Assembly (NCBI GenBank): GCA_029261055.1
Contig: JAJDCA010000014.1
Span: 5,295 to 69,294, forward strand
Reading direction: 5' to 3'
DNA from: Candidatus Omnitrophota bacterium
Lineage (GTDB): Bacteria > Omnitrophota > Gorgyraeia > Zapsychrales > Zapsychraceae
Length of the DNA: 64,000 bases
The position numbers and the translations under genes are program-made. Below the pieces are notes generated by a model that made no database searches, was not told the origin of the DNA, and was given only the letters and a program-made list of their open reading frames with translations. This document shows positions 1 to 9,407 of the stretch, piece by piece. How positions within the stretch are numbered: position 1 is the first letter of the stretch; the number at the start of each line of letters is the position of its first letter.

Positions 1-110
1 AGATGTGAGTCAATAGTGCACAAATTCACATAGAATTTTGTGTAAATTTATGAAAATATACTAACCAAAGCTTTGTTTAATCGAAGTTTTACCTGGATTT
101 GTGCACTAGC

Positions 111-434
111 ATGGAATTTTCTTACGGAAATGGGACCTATCGTGAAGGTTCAAAGCGTATGGACGGGGAGATTGTTCTTGGTGAACATAAATTGTATTTA
201 AGGACGTCTGAAGGGGATTTAGCGCAGACGTATGTGCCTTTGGAAAAAATAGAGAAGGTTACAAAAAGGGGAAGTAGTGCCGAGTTTCATGTCAGGCCTT
301 CCTTATCTTTTCGTTACATTGCCATGATTCAGGGCGAATCTAAGTACATCGTTGAACTTATTAAGGACATTGTCCAGAGGCGAGGCTTAAAAAAGAAATT
401 CTTAAGAAAAGAATGGATTGATGAGACGGTATGA
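111..434 (+). CDS. hypothetical protein (~107 aa)
   Basis: ORF 99..434 in the track; ATG at 111 preferred; stop overlaps the next ATG (ATGA). Confidence 0.7.
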   Translation: MEFSYGNGTYREGSKRMDGEIVLGEHKLYLRTSEGDLAQTYVPLEKIEKVTKRGSSAEFHVRPSLSFRYIAMIQGESKYIVELIKDIVQRRGLKKKFLRKEWIDETV

Positions 435-607
435 ATACTAAGAAATTTATTATTATTACATTTATCCTATGCGCTGTTTTTACACAAAGCGGCTGTGCTT
501 TGCTTAATGTCCCTTTGGCTTTGGCAGGTAAAACTTTTTCCCTATTGAAACAAGTTATCGGGGTTGTCGACAAACTTCCCAAACCACCACCGTGGGTGTT
601 TTTGTAA
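431..607 (+). CDS. small lipoprotein, 58 aa (absent from ORF track)
   Basis: Translated by hand: MNTKKFIIITFILCAVFTQSGC-ALLNVPLALAGKTFSLLKQVIGVVDKLPKPPPWVFL*; basic N-terminus, hydrophobic core, lipobox-like QSGC; ATGA coupling to upstream ORF. Confidence 0.7.
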   Translation: MNTKKFIIITFILCAVFTQSGCALLNVPLALAGKTFSLLKQVIGVVDKLPKPPPWVFL

Positions 608-711
608 CGGTTAATACTTTTCCTGGCCCTTCAAATCATTACTTAAAACTTTAGAAAAAAAATAAAAACAGTCTTTAGTCATCAAATATGAAATTTATGT
701 ATTTCTACGCC

Positions 712-757
712 AAAATCCAGGCTCACAGGCTCCGCGGAGCCTGTGAGCCTGGATTTT
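712..757. repeat. perfect 46-bp palindrome without loop
   Basis: AAAATCCAGGCTCACAGGCTCCG|CGGAGCCTGTGAGCCTGGATTTT. Confidence 0.95.
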
Positions 758-824
758 AGTAGTAAATACGAAAAATCATGTTCAGCGGGATAAGAATTAA
801 GTTAGTTCAATCACTTCCCAAAAA

Positions 825-853
825 TTGACATCCCAATACATTTAGATTAGAAT
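825..853 (+). promoter_or_regulatory. sigma70-type promoter for nfnAB
   Basis: TTGACA-17 bp-TAGAAT, 9 nt before ATG 863, no SD. Confidence 0.75.
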
Positions 854-862
854 ACCCCCACT

Positions 863-1741
863 ATGTACGAAATCCTCAATAAACAAATTCTTGCCGAAGA
901 TGTGAAACGTTTGGATGTTTCGGCTCCTAATATTGCCAAGAAAATCCAGCCCGGTCAGTTTGTGAGTGTTTCTCCCGAGGAGGGAGATGAGCACATTCCT
1001 CTAAGTATTGTGGACACAGATCCTCAAAAAGGTGTTATTTCACTTATTTTTCAGGAAGTGGGTTTGACCACGGGCAAGTTGGGAACCCTTCCGATTAATG
1101 AATCCATTTTTTCGATTCTCGGACCTCTGGGAGTGCCGTCAAAAATTGACAAGAAAGGTGTTGTTGTATGTGTAGCGACGGGCGTGGGATCTGCTCAGAT
1201 TTTGCCGATATGCCGTGCGTACCGAAAAGCCGGCAATAAAGTGATCGGTATTATTGGGGCGAAGACGAAACGATCGCTGCTGCTGGAAGCCCAGATGCGG
1301 CTGTCATGTAATAAATTGTTAATTGCGACAAATGATGGTACGTATGAACGTCGTGGATTGGCTACAGATATTCTTAAAGAAATCGTGGCCCAACAAAAAA
1401 TAAATTTTGTGTATGCGATTGGATCGGTCGATATGATGCAGGCCGTGTGTGTATTTACGAAAGAAAAGAAAATTAAGACACGTGTGTATTTGAACCCGGT
1501 GATGGTGGATTGTATGGGGATGTGTGGATCTTGTCGGGTCAAGGTAGGTGGAAAGATTTTGTTGGCCTGTATTGAAGGTCCGGAATTTGACGGACATAAA
1601 GTAGATTTTCAGTATTTTAATATTCGGATGAAAGCTTTTGAGGAGTTAGATAGATGGGACAACCAGAAGGGGCTCTCCAGCCCAAAGAAAAGCGAGTCAG
1701 GAATTTTAACGAGGTTTCTCTCGGGTATTCTAAGAAAATAA
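863..1741 (+). CDS. nfnA: NfnA/SudB-like ferredoxin:NADP oxidoreductase small subunit (FAD/NAD binding, 2Fe-2S)
   Basis: PGQFV, IPLSI, GPLG, MVDCMGMCGSCRV...ACIEGPEFD motifs; adjacent to GltD-like subunit. Confidence 0.85.
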   Translation: MYEILNKQILAEDVKRLDVSAPNIAKKIQPGQFVSVSPEEGDEHIPLSIVDTDPQKGVISLIFQEVGLTTGKLGTLPINESIFSILGPLGVPSKIDKKGVVVCVATGVGSAQILPICRAYRKAGNKVIGIIGAKTKRSLLLEAQMRLSCNKLLIATNDGTYERRGLATDILKEIVAQQKINFVYAIGSVDMMQAVCVFTKEKKIKTRVYLNPVMVDCMGMCGSCRVKVGGKILLACIEGPEFDGHKVDFQYFNIRMKAFEELDRWDNQKGLSSPKKSESGILTRFLSGILRK

Positions 1742-3015
1742 GCACCGAAGAAGCTCGTCGTTGTCCGCAATGTGCCGATGCGGTATGTACAGCAGCGTGC
1801 CCTATTGGTGTGGATGTGCCTGGGTTTGTGCGTTTTCTTCGTGAGGGAAATTTGTCTGCCGCTTATGAACGCATAAAAGAACAAAATTGTCTGCCTGCAG
1901 TGTGCGGCCGGATTTGTTCCGCCCCGTGTGAAGCCGCCTGTGTATTGATGGAGGAAGAATCTCCGATTGGGGTGCGTGCCTTGGAGCGTTATGCCGCAGA
2001 TTTTGGAAAACCGCGTCTTTCCCGACGGGAACGTGTAGAGCGCAAAGGAAAAAAAGTGGCCGTGGTTGGTTCCGGTCCGGCAGGGTTAGCCGCTTCTGCA
2101 GATTTAGCCCGCAAGGGTTATCAGGTGACCATTTTTGAGGCTCTTGAAAAACCCGGCGGTGTTTTGCGTTATGGCATACCGGAATTTCGCATTCCACGGA
2201 AGGTGTTAGATGGGGAGATTAATGACATTAAAGCCCTGGGCGTTAATATTGAAACGAATTTTTTTATTGGGCAAACCGCTACCGTCGCTGATCTTAAAGA
2301 GCAAGGCTATGCCGCAATTCTTTTAACGACTGGCGCAGGAATTCCTCAATTTATGGATCTTCCCGGCACAAATTTTGGTGGAGTGTATTACGGCGAAGAA
2401 TTTTTGATGCGTGTGAATTTGATGAAGGTGAATATTTTTTCGCGCAATATTCCTAATTTTGTGATTGGTCCTAAAGTTGTCGTAATCGGGTCCGGCAATA
2501 CGGCTTTAGATTGTGCCAGGGCCAGCGTACGTTTTGGCCGGGAGGTAAAGCTGATTTTTCGTCGTACTGAAGAAGATATGCGTGTCCGACCGCAAGAACG
2601 TGAATATGGCAAAGAAGAAGGGATTCAGTTGGAGCCGCTCGTCCGTCCTGTCGAAATTCTAGCAGATCAGAATAATTTTGTAAGTGGTGTTAAATGTGTG
2701 CGTATGGATTATGCTGAAGCAGAAGAGAGTGATGCGTGGGAGCTCATGCCTGTTCCCGATTCTGAATTTATTATTGAGGCCGACACCGTGATTATCGCCA
2801 TCGGACATAAGCCCAATTCCATCATTAAGCGAACAACACCGCAGCTAAAATGTGACCCCGATGAAACCATTAAGGTTGATTCTGATACCCACATGACCGC
2901 CATCAAGGGCGTCTTTTCTGCAGGAAATGTCGTCACCAACGCCGGCCCTTTAGTTGAAGCCATTGCTTCAGGAAAAAGCGTCGCGGAAGACATTCATCAG
3001 TATTTGACAAAATAA
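1654..3015 (+). CDS. nfnB: NfnB/SudA (GltD-like) large subunit
   Basis: RNFNEVSLGY, EARRCPQC...C...CP, CGRIC...CE, GSGPAGL, GSGNTALDCA; SD GAGGAG before ATG 1654. Confidence 0.85.
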   Translation: MGQPEGALQPKEKRVRNFNEVSLGYSKKISTEEARRCPQCADAVCTAACPIGVDVPGFVRFLREGNLSAAYERIKEQNCLPAVCGRICSAPCEAACVLMEEESPIGVRALERYAADFGKPRLSRRERVERKGKKVAVVGSGPAGLAASADLARKGYQVTIFEALEKPGGVLRYGIPEFRIPRKVLDGEINDIKALGVNIETNFFIGQTATVADLKEQGYAAILLTTGAGIPQFMDLPGTNFGGVYYGEEFLMRVNLMKVNIFSRNIPNFVIGPKVVVIGSGNTALDCARASVRFGREVKLIFRRTEEDMRVRPQEREYGKEEGIQLEPLVRPVEILADQNNFVSGVKCVRMDYAEAEESDAWELMPVPDSEFIIEADTVIIAIGHKPNSIIKRTTPQLKCDPDETIKVDSDTHMTAIKGVFSAGNVVTNAGPLVEAIASGKSVAEDIHQYLTK

Positions 3016-3101
3016 CAGGCCTTCGGTAATTCTAAAACAGAAAGTGTGGACATTGTGTGTACTTTATGTTATCCTTTAATTAAGGAAAGGAGCTTAAAGT
3101 T

Positions 3102-3389
3102 ATGGAAAAAAATATTTACAAAGACAGTCGGATTGATCTTCGCATAGAGGTGGATCAAAAGAAATTTTTAGTTTACGCAGCATCTCTTCGTGATATGAAG
3201 CTTTCATCCTTTGTTGTGGCCAGCGCTTTAAAAGAGGCTGAAGAAATTGTGGCAGATAAAATTTCTTTTGCATTACCGGAAAAAAAATGGAAGGCCTTCT
3301 GTGCCGCGCTTGATCGTCCTGCGCGTACGATTCCAAAATTGAAAAAACTTTTTACTGATCCGAGTGTGTTTGATGCGGAAAAAGAATGA
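3102..3389 (+). CDS. DUF1778 (TacA/AtaR-like) RHH antitoxin
   Basis: KDSRIDLRI...LSSFVVASAL..AEEIV...W.AFCAALDRP signature; SD AAGGAG; overlaps GNAT gene. Confidence 0.85.
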   Translation: MEKNIYKDSRIDLRIEVDQKKFLVYAASLRDMKLSSFVVASALKEAEEIVADKISFALPEKKWKAFCAALDRPARTIPKLKKLFTDPSVFDAEKE

Positions 3390-3885
3390 TCTTAGTCTTC
3401 CAGTTCTTTTGAAGAAATCGTATTCCGTGACAACATTTGATTGCGGCGTTGAAGTTCTTAACACGTACCTCAAACGATTTGCCTATGTGAATAATCAAAA
3501 CAGTTCATCGCGTACATATGTAGCCGTACGGGGGAAACACGTTGTGGGTTATTACACTGTAACCCCGGGGTCTGTAACAAAGGAAGAGACTCCTCTTCGC
3601 GTTGCCAAGGGGTTAGCCAATCATCCCGTGCCTGTGATTATTTTGGCCCGCCTGGCTGTTGATAAAACAGAACAAGGCGCCGGCTTAGGCAAAGGGCTTC
3701 TGCTGGACGCTTTAATACGTATTATTCGTGCTGCTGATAGTATTGGTGGCCGTGCAATTTTAGTACATGCCAAAGACTCTAAAGCTAAATTTTTCTATAA
3801 AAAATTTGGCTTTGAACCCTCCCCAATTGACCCTTTCCATCTGTATCTTCTTGTAAAAGATGTGAAACGTACTTTAAAATCATAA
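3373..3885 (+). CDS. GNAT acetyltransferase toxin (TacT/AtaT-like)
   Basis: FDCG..LN.YL, VVGYYT, PVIILARLAVD..QGAGLG, VHAKD..A..FYKKFGF. Confidence 0.88.
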   Translation: MRKKNDLSLPVLLKKSYSVTTFDCGVEVLNTYLKRFAYVNNQNSSSRTYVAVRGKHVVGYYTVTPGSVTKEETPLRVAKGLANHPVPVIILARLAVDKTEQGAGLGKGLLLDALIRIIRAADSIGGRAILVHAKDSKAKFFYKKFGFEPSPIDPFHLYLLVKDVKRTLKS

Positions 3886-4024
3886 AAATTAATATTTTTA
3901 GAAGAATTCTATCATTATTTACTGCAATAGGTTGTGTAGATTTTGGGATTATTTACTTTTTGCTGTTCTTGTAAGTTATTATTCTTCAATGTATTATGAT
4001 TTTTTTAGCTGTGTTTTGGGCCCC

Positions 4025-4052
4025 TTGACACTTATCAAAAATATGTTATCTT
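4025..4052 (+). promoter_or_regulatory. promoter of large protein 1
   Basis: TTGACA-16 bp-TATCTT with TGn extended -10; AATATGTTATCTTTTC also found upstream of paralog 2. Confidence 0.6.
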
Positions 4053-4166
4053 TTCATTATCTGAACAAGAAAACGTTTTTTCTACAAAATTATGCCAATA
4101 ACCTGCCTTCCTATCGTCAGGCAGCCACGCCACGGATTGGTTGAATTTATCAATATTGGAGGAAAT

Positions 4167-7100
4167 ATGAGCATTTTTATAAAAAAACAACGCTTTTGTC
4201 TATTTTATAGGCTTTTATCTGCATTTATTGCCGTGGCATTCGTAACCACAACAATTATTCCGCGAGGATATGCAAATACAATGATTAATGGTCAGGGGTC
4301 AGTGCTCAGTCTTCCGATTCCCGGTACGATGGTCACGGCAAGTGAGGCGTTTGTGCCTACGCTGATTAAAGGGATTACGATTCATCCGGAGAATCCGTTA
4401 CAGTTCAATTTTATTGTAGATACGGGAAATACGGGCATGCAGCAAGGGAAGGTGCTTGAAGATGAAACGACCAAATTGGTGAAATATTTTTTGGCGGCAC
4501 TTACGGTACCGGAACAAGAGATGTGGGTCAACTTGAGTCCGTACGAAGAGAATCGTATTATTGCCGATGGCTTGGGCGATACTGAGTTAGGACGCGATAT
4601 GCTCGCGCAGGATTATTTGCTCAAACAATTGACTTCTTCTTTGATGTATCCGGAAGACGAATTAGGTGAAAGATTTTGGGATCGCGTGTATGCCCGTGCG
4701 CAAGAAGAATTCGGAACGACGGACATTCCGATGAATACGTTTAACAAGGTGTGGATTGTACCGGAGAAGGCTGTGGTGTTTGAGGACGAGAAGACATCGA
4801 GTACGTATGTGTTGGAGAGTCATTTGAAGGTGATGTTGGAGGAGGACTATGTTACGATGGAACATAATACGGATCGTAGGGGTCTGATTCATCAAACCCA
4901 GGACAAGGGCATGATAAATCATGCCCCTACGGATATCATCCGCGAAATCCTCATTCCCGAAATCGAACGCGAAGTCAACCACGGAAAAACCTTCGCCAAT
5001 CTCCGTCAAATTTACAATTCCATGATTTTAGCGACGTGGTACAAACAAAATCTCAAACAATCCCTTTTAGGGCAAGTTTACATCGACCAAAATAAAACCA
5101 AAGGCATCGACACCGAAGACAAAAAAATTACCCAAAAAATCTACAACCAATACGTCGAATCCTTCCAAAAAGGCGTCTACGACTACATCAAAGAAGATTA
5201 TGATCCCGTCACCCAGCAAATCGTTCCGAGAAAATATTTCTCGGGAGGATTATTAGGACCAGTTACATCAAATCCTGATTTTTCAATGGTTGTTTTAACA
5301 AATACGAAAGATATCGATAGAAGTTTGTTAGGTAAAAATCCGCAGTTTAGTGCTTTGTTTAATTTGGCAGATTTAGGGGGTGAGTCCAAAAGCATATTAG
5401 AAATCACACAAGCGGTCAATAATGCAACAATGATCGATAAGTATATGGTTAAGGAAAAAGTGTTGGATAAAGACGAAGCCATGACAGTGAAAGATGTATC
5501 GATGATGACGAAAAAAAAGGATGGAATAAAAAAAGTAATAAAAAGGGGAGAGATAAGAAACTTTCTTTTTTCCTTATTAGCAATTCCGTTGTTTTTTTCG
5601 ATTTTTATTCCTCCTGTAATTATTGTGCAGATGTTTGTTTCTGTAAATGATATGATGTCTCCTAATCCTTTTTTTCAAATAGAATCAGTGCAAACTAATA
5701 ATAGGCTAGAAGTACAAAATCCGTTTTCAGAAGATCTATTTAAGAAGACTATTAACGATTTGGAAAAATTTTTTCGGAGCGATAAGTCTGCAAATAAAGA
5801 ATTGAAATTCATGAAAATTAGTGAGTTTGTTGCACAATTGAAGTTTGCGCTACGAGATAATGTTAATCTTGATAATTTGAGTTGGGACATGGAGGATATT
5901 AACGAACCTCTTGTAACAGATAAAGATATATTTAACAATATTGCAAAGAGTACATCTAAATGGTTGGAAAATGCTAATGAGGAAACTCAAAAGAGGATAA
6001 TAAATCAACTTTTAGACGTTGAGGATCTTCATTATAGTAGTAAGTATAATTTTTTTAGGTCAATTGGGGGATACCTTAGAAAGCACGATCATGCCATGCT
6101 GGTCGCTCCCGAGATACGGTCAACGGTTAAGTTTCTTACGGAGACGATTGGTGAAGATGTGATGCTCGCGGATGTGCGTTTGCTTGATCAATTGAAAGCA
6201 ATAGAGAATGATGAAGAGTATCAGAATGAAGGCGGTCGTAAGAATTCCACAGGACGTGCGATTCATGACTTTATTGATGATTTAGAAAAAAAATTTGATA
6301 AGAATATGGATGTAATAAAAATGAACGAATTGGGTATTAATGTTGATGATGAAAAAAAGAAACTTGAGAATTGGCGCAATACGTTTCATAAGAAATATTA
6401 TGTTAATCAACGTATTGGATATGCAGGTATTTCGGAAGGAGAAAAGAAAAGTGCTATGAAGGTTATTAATGAAGTAAGTAGATCTTTAATAAAGAAATTC
6501 TTTAACCAATATATTGTTAAAAAGGGTAATAAGCTGATTAACACTAGGTTCTCAGCATCACAAGATCATACAATTCAACCTGAAAAATGGCATTCAGGTG
6601 GGTGGAGTGTAAAAGATAATTTCATTGGTGTTCCTCTCGCCATTGGTTCTTTGATTGCCTTGGAAAGAGAATACAAAAAGGGGGTGTATCGTGACATCAA
6701 TAACACTGGACAGGAGGTTGTCAACTTGGTGTTAGAAGAGTTTTATCAAATCAGACGATCAGAACGTGCTTCTGATTTGAGTAATGTGATTGGTCAAGTT
6801 TTGAATACGTACCGTAGGTATCAAAATTCGACAAATTCGATTGGTCAAGAAATTAAAGAAGATGCTGTTAATGATTTTCGGGATTTAGGAATAGATGAGA
6901 GTGAAATCAGGGAGTTGATCAAATCCAAAGATTCCTTCGGTGCCAAAATGTTGTACATAGCGAAACGTATCCTTTCGGATAATGTAAAAACAGACGAACA
7001 GGCTATTCAACATGCGATTAATGGGCTATCGATACCAGAGCTTGATATTCTTGATGAATTTATTGATGGTGTAGAAACGAAAGTTACAAAAGAAGATCCC

Positions 7101-8639
7101 GTATCTTTAGCAGATGTTTTAAATAAGGTTAGAGAAAAATTGGTTTATAAGTCAATCGTAAGGCCTAGGAAGCGTAATTATAGCATAATCATATCCGAAG
7201 ATTATGATTACGGATCTACTGACACGGATTCAGAGCTCAAAGAACGATTGATACGCCTCAATACAAAAAAAATGATCGCTGACAGGAAAAAAGAGTTAGG
7301 AGATAAGGCTATGGTGGCGGAAATGAAGGATATTGATAAGTTTCAGAAAGTCAGGGGTATTAATCTGGATGCTTCGATGATGGATGATGAAAGTTTGCGT
7401 AAAGAGATTAAGGTTGCTCTTGTGAATATGGATGAGCATATAAAAAAATGGGAAGGTGCGAAAAATGAGTTTCTTGAAACTTTAAATAAAATTTTGTATG
7501 AATATAGGGAGTATTCTGAAATAGAAAATAAGCTTGAGGGAGGTCTTTCAGAAAATGATGAGAAAAAGCAATATGATGTGAAGGATAGCGAAGAAAGTAT
7601 TTCTTTTTCACTAGGAATTAGTGACCAAATTAGGCTGGCGGTTGAAAGATTTTCCAACATAGTTTGGGATAAAGAAATAAAACAATATAATAGGGCAAAA
7701 CTTTGGGAAGGTGATGAGTCTCAAGGTGAGACTAATGAAGAAGAAATTGATAGAGTTCGTCAAGATGTGATAGAAATAACGCATATTGGTATTCAGGAAA
7801 TTATTAATAATATTTTAAAAGACCTGAGTAGTGAAGGTAAAGTTTTGAATTTAATAGAGCATTATTCTATTGTCGAGAAAGTATTAAATAATTTGATAAG
7901 TGAGGAGCCTACATTGAATGATGAGGTAGATTGGATAAATGTGGCATTAAGGGCTATTAATCGATTTAAAGAGATGACACAAAGATTAACGGTTGTTGAT
8001 CAAAATCTTAATATTTCAGGGGAGTCGGTTAACGATTCTGAAAAATATATTAATGAAAATGTGCTGGGACTTAAAAGGGATGCGAATACGTATATTTTGA
8101 AGATGTATTTAAAGTTTATGGGGATTGAAATAACAACCAATGCAGAATTATTTAATGAAGATGTAGATAGTTTTGGAAAGGGGCTTCTTGATTCATTGTT
8201 TAATGCTCTTAACGATAAAGATCATCCTATTAATAATGAAGGTTTTGGTCCATTTGATGATGGTATTGATTTAGAAGATGACGATTCTAATTTAGAAGAT
8301 GATCCTGATGTGGGTGATGATTCAATGATCACGCAAACTGTTAATCATATAAATAACCCTGGAGGTATCAACCTTGACGCGGCGATGTTGGATTTGCAGA
8401 TTAGGCGGGATGGGAATGGGGTGCCGTTGCCGGTTGCGGAGCAGGATTTTTCAACAATGCATATTGAAGGGTTTTTGCCGATTATGATAGATATGGCACC
8501 GGTGAGCATTCCTATGCTGCTCGGTTTCGCGGATGAAGATGGCGGCGTGCCGGTGACCGGTTGTCCTTCGGATGAAGAGGGAATCAATTGCAACCACGAT
8601 TTCATTTTAACCAAGCAGGAAGACGAGATATTTTTGTAA
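4167..8639 (+). CDS. large secreted modular protein 1 (~1490 aa): conserved N-domain, variable modules, conserved C-domain
   Basis: SD GGAGG before ATG 4167; signal-peptide-like N-terminus; N-domain to RKYFSGG and C-domain from GGINL shared with 13647..17357. Confidence 0.85.
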   Translation: MSIFIKKQRFCLFYRLLSAFIAVAFVTTTIIPRGYANTMINGQGSVLSLPIPGTMVTASEAFVPTLIKGITIHPENPLQFNFIVDTGNTGMQQGKVLEDETTKLVKYFLAALTVPEQEMWVNLSPYEENRIIADGLGDTELGRDMLAQDYLLKQLTSSLMYPEDELGERFWDRVYARAQEEFGTTDIPMNTFNKVWIVPEKAVVFEDEKTSSTYVLESHLKVMLEEDYVTMEHNTDRRGLIHQTQDKGMINHAPTDIIREILIPEIEREVNHGKTFANLRQIYNSMILATWYKQNLKQSLLGQVYIDQNKTKGIDTEDKKITQKIYNQYVESFQKGVYDYIKEDYDPVTQQIVPRKYFSGGLLGPVTSNPDFSMVVLTNTKDIDRSLLGKNPQFSALFNLADLGGESKSILEITQAVNNATMIDKYMVKEKVLDKDEAMTVKDVSMMTKKKDGIKKVIKRGEIRNFLFSLLAIPLFFSIFIPPVIIVQMFVSVNDMMSPNPFFQIESVQTNNRLEVQNPFSEDLFKKTINDLEKFFRSDKSANKELKFMKISEFVAQLKFALRDNVNLDNLSWDMEDINEPLVTDKDIFNNIAKSTSKWLENANEETQKRIINQLLDVEDLHYSSKYNFFRSIGGYLRKHDHAMLVAPEIRSTVKFLTETIGEDVMLADVRLLDQLKAIENDEEYQNEGGRKNSTGRAIHDFIDDLEKKFDKNMDVIKMNELGINVDDEKKKLENWRNTFHKKYYVNQRIGYAGISEGEKKSAMKVINEVSRSLIKKFFNQYIVKKGNKLINTRFSASQDHTIQPEKWHSGGWSVKDNFIGVPLAIGSLIALEREYKKGVYRDINNTGQEVVNLVLEEFYQIRRSERASDLSNVIGQVLNTYRRYQNSTNSIGQEIKEDAVNDFRDLGIDESEIRELIKSKDSFGAKMLYIAKRILSDNVKTDEQAIQHAINGLSIPELDILDEFIDGVETKVTKEDPVSLADVLNKVREKLVYKSIVRPRKRNYSIIISEDYDYGSTDTDSELKERLIRLNTKKMIADRKKELGDKAMVAEMKDIDKFQKVRGINLDASMMDDESLRKEIKVALVNMDEHIKKWEGAKNEFLETLNKILYEYREYSEIENKLEGGLSENDEKKQYDVKDSEESISFSLGISDQIRLAVERFSNIVWDKEIKQYNRAKLWEGDESQGETNEEEIDRVRQDVIEITHIGIQEIINNILKDLSSEGKVLNLIEHYSIVEKVLNNLISEEPTLNDEVDWINVALRAINRFKEMTQRLTVVDQNLNISGESVNDSEKYINENVLGLKRDANTYILKMYLKFMGIEITTNAELFNEDVDSFGKGLLDSLFNALNDKDHPINNEGFGPFDDGIDLEDDDSNLEDDPDVGDDSMITQTVNHINNPGGINLDAAMLDLQIRRDGNGVPLPVAEQDFSTMHIEGFLPIMIDMAPVSIPMLLGFADEDGGVPVTGCPSDEEGINCNHDFILTKQEDEIFL
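4875..4931. repeat. GTAG-type REP-like doublet inserted in frame in CDS
   Basis: CGTAG-GGGTCTGATTCATCAAACCC ... GGGCATGATAAATCATGCCC-CTACG, 57 bp = 19 codons. Confidence 0.75.
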
Positions 8640-8640
8640 A

Positions 8641-8668
8641 TTGACATTTTGGTAATTTTTTGTAGAAT
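8641..8668 (+). promoter_or_regulatory. promoter of DUF5678/protease cassette
   Basis: TTGACA-16 bp-TAGAAT. Confidence 0.6.
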
Positions 8669-8692
8669 GAGCTATACTTAAGTTGAGGTGAC

Positions 8693-8893
8693 ATGATGAA
8701 ATTTAAAAATATGACAGAAATATTTACGGTATATGAAAATCAGTGGGTTGCGCTAACTGATGACGACAAAATTATTGCTTCTGCAGATACTTTAGAATCT
8801 GTTTTAGAAAAGGCCTCTAAAAAAGGATATGATACTCCCCTCACTGCAAAAATCCCCGACTCTAAACACGAGTTTGTTTTATGTCATCTTTAA
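8693..8893 (+). CDS. DUF5678-like small protein
   Basis: YENQWVAL...KIIASADTLESVLEKA pattern; SD GAGGTG. Confidence 0.7.
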   Translation: MMKFKNMTEIFTVYENQWVALTDDDKIIASADTLESVLEKASKKGYDTPLTAKIPDSKHEFVLCHL

Positions 8894-9357
8894 AAGTTCC
8901 CTATACGCGGGTTTCCACTAATTTCAATCTTTCAATGTTTAAATTTAAGAATCAACCTCTTTTAAAGGTTGGTCTTTTAGGTCAAAATAATCAATGCATT
9001 AGAGCCACGGCGTATATTGACACAGGGGCTCAAGTATGTCTTTTTAATAAAGATTATGCTACTTTTTTGGGTATAAAAAATTACAAAGATACAGAAGAAA
9101 GTATTCCCTTAACTGGTATTGGTGGGAAAAAACCTGAAAATGTGGCCTATTTTCATAGTCTAACGTTGGTTGTTTTTAAAAATCAAAAAAAATTAGAAAT
9201 AAAGAATGCATATAAAATTCAGACAAAAATAGGTTTTTTGGAAAAAGAAATAGGGTTTGCTGGGATATTAGGTGTTTATGGATTTTTGGATCAATTCTCA
9301 TTTTTAGCTAATATCCCGGAACACTATTTTGAATTAACACCGAAGTTTGTAGCTTAG
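8881..9357 (+). CDS. retropepsin-like aspartic protease
   Basis: AYIDTGAQVCL catalytic motif, LTGIGG flap, GILG..GFL motif. Confidence 0.8.
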   Translation: MSSLKVPYTRVSTNFNLSMFKFKNQPLLKVGLLGQNNQCIRATAYIDTGAQVCLFNKDYATFLGIKNYKDTEESIPLTGIGGKKPENVAYFHSLTLVVFKNQKKLEIKNAYKIQTKIGFLEKEIGFAGILGVYGFLDQFSFLANIPEHYFELTPKFVA

Positions 9358-9407
9358 ATTAAGACATTTCCATTGTCAATTTATCGATATTTGCTAGAAT
9401 GGCACAC

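Noticed and set aside
3932-4166. ORF 3932..4144 and the 4092 start of large protein 1
   Set aside because: AT-rich promoter/leader region; SD and signal peptide support ATG 4167
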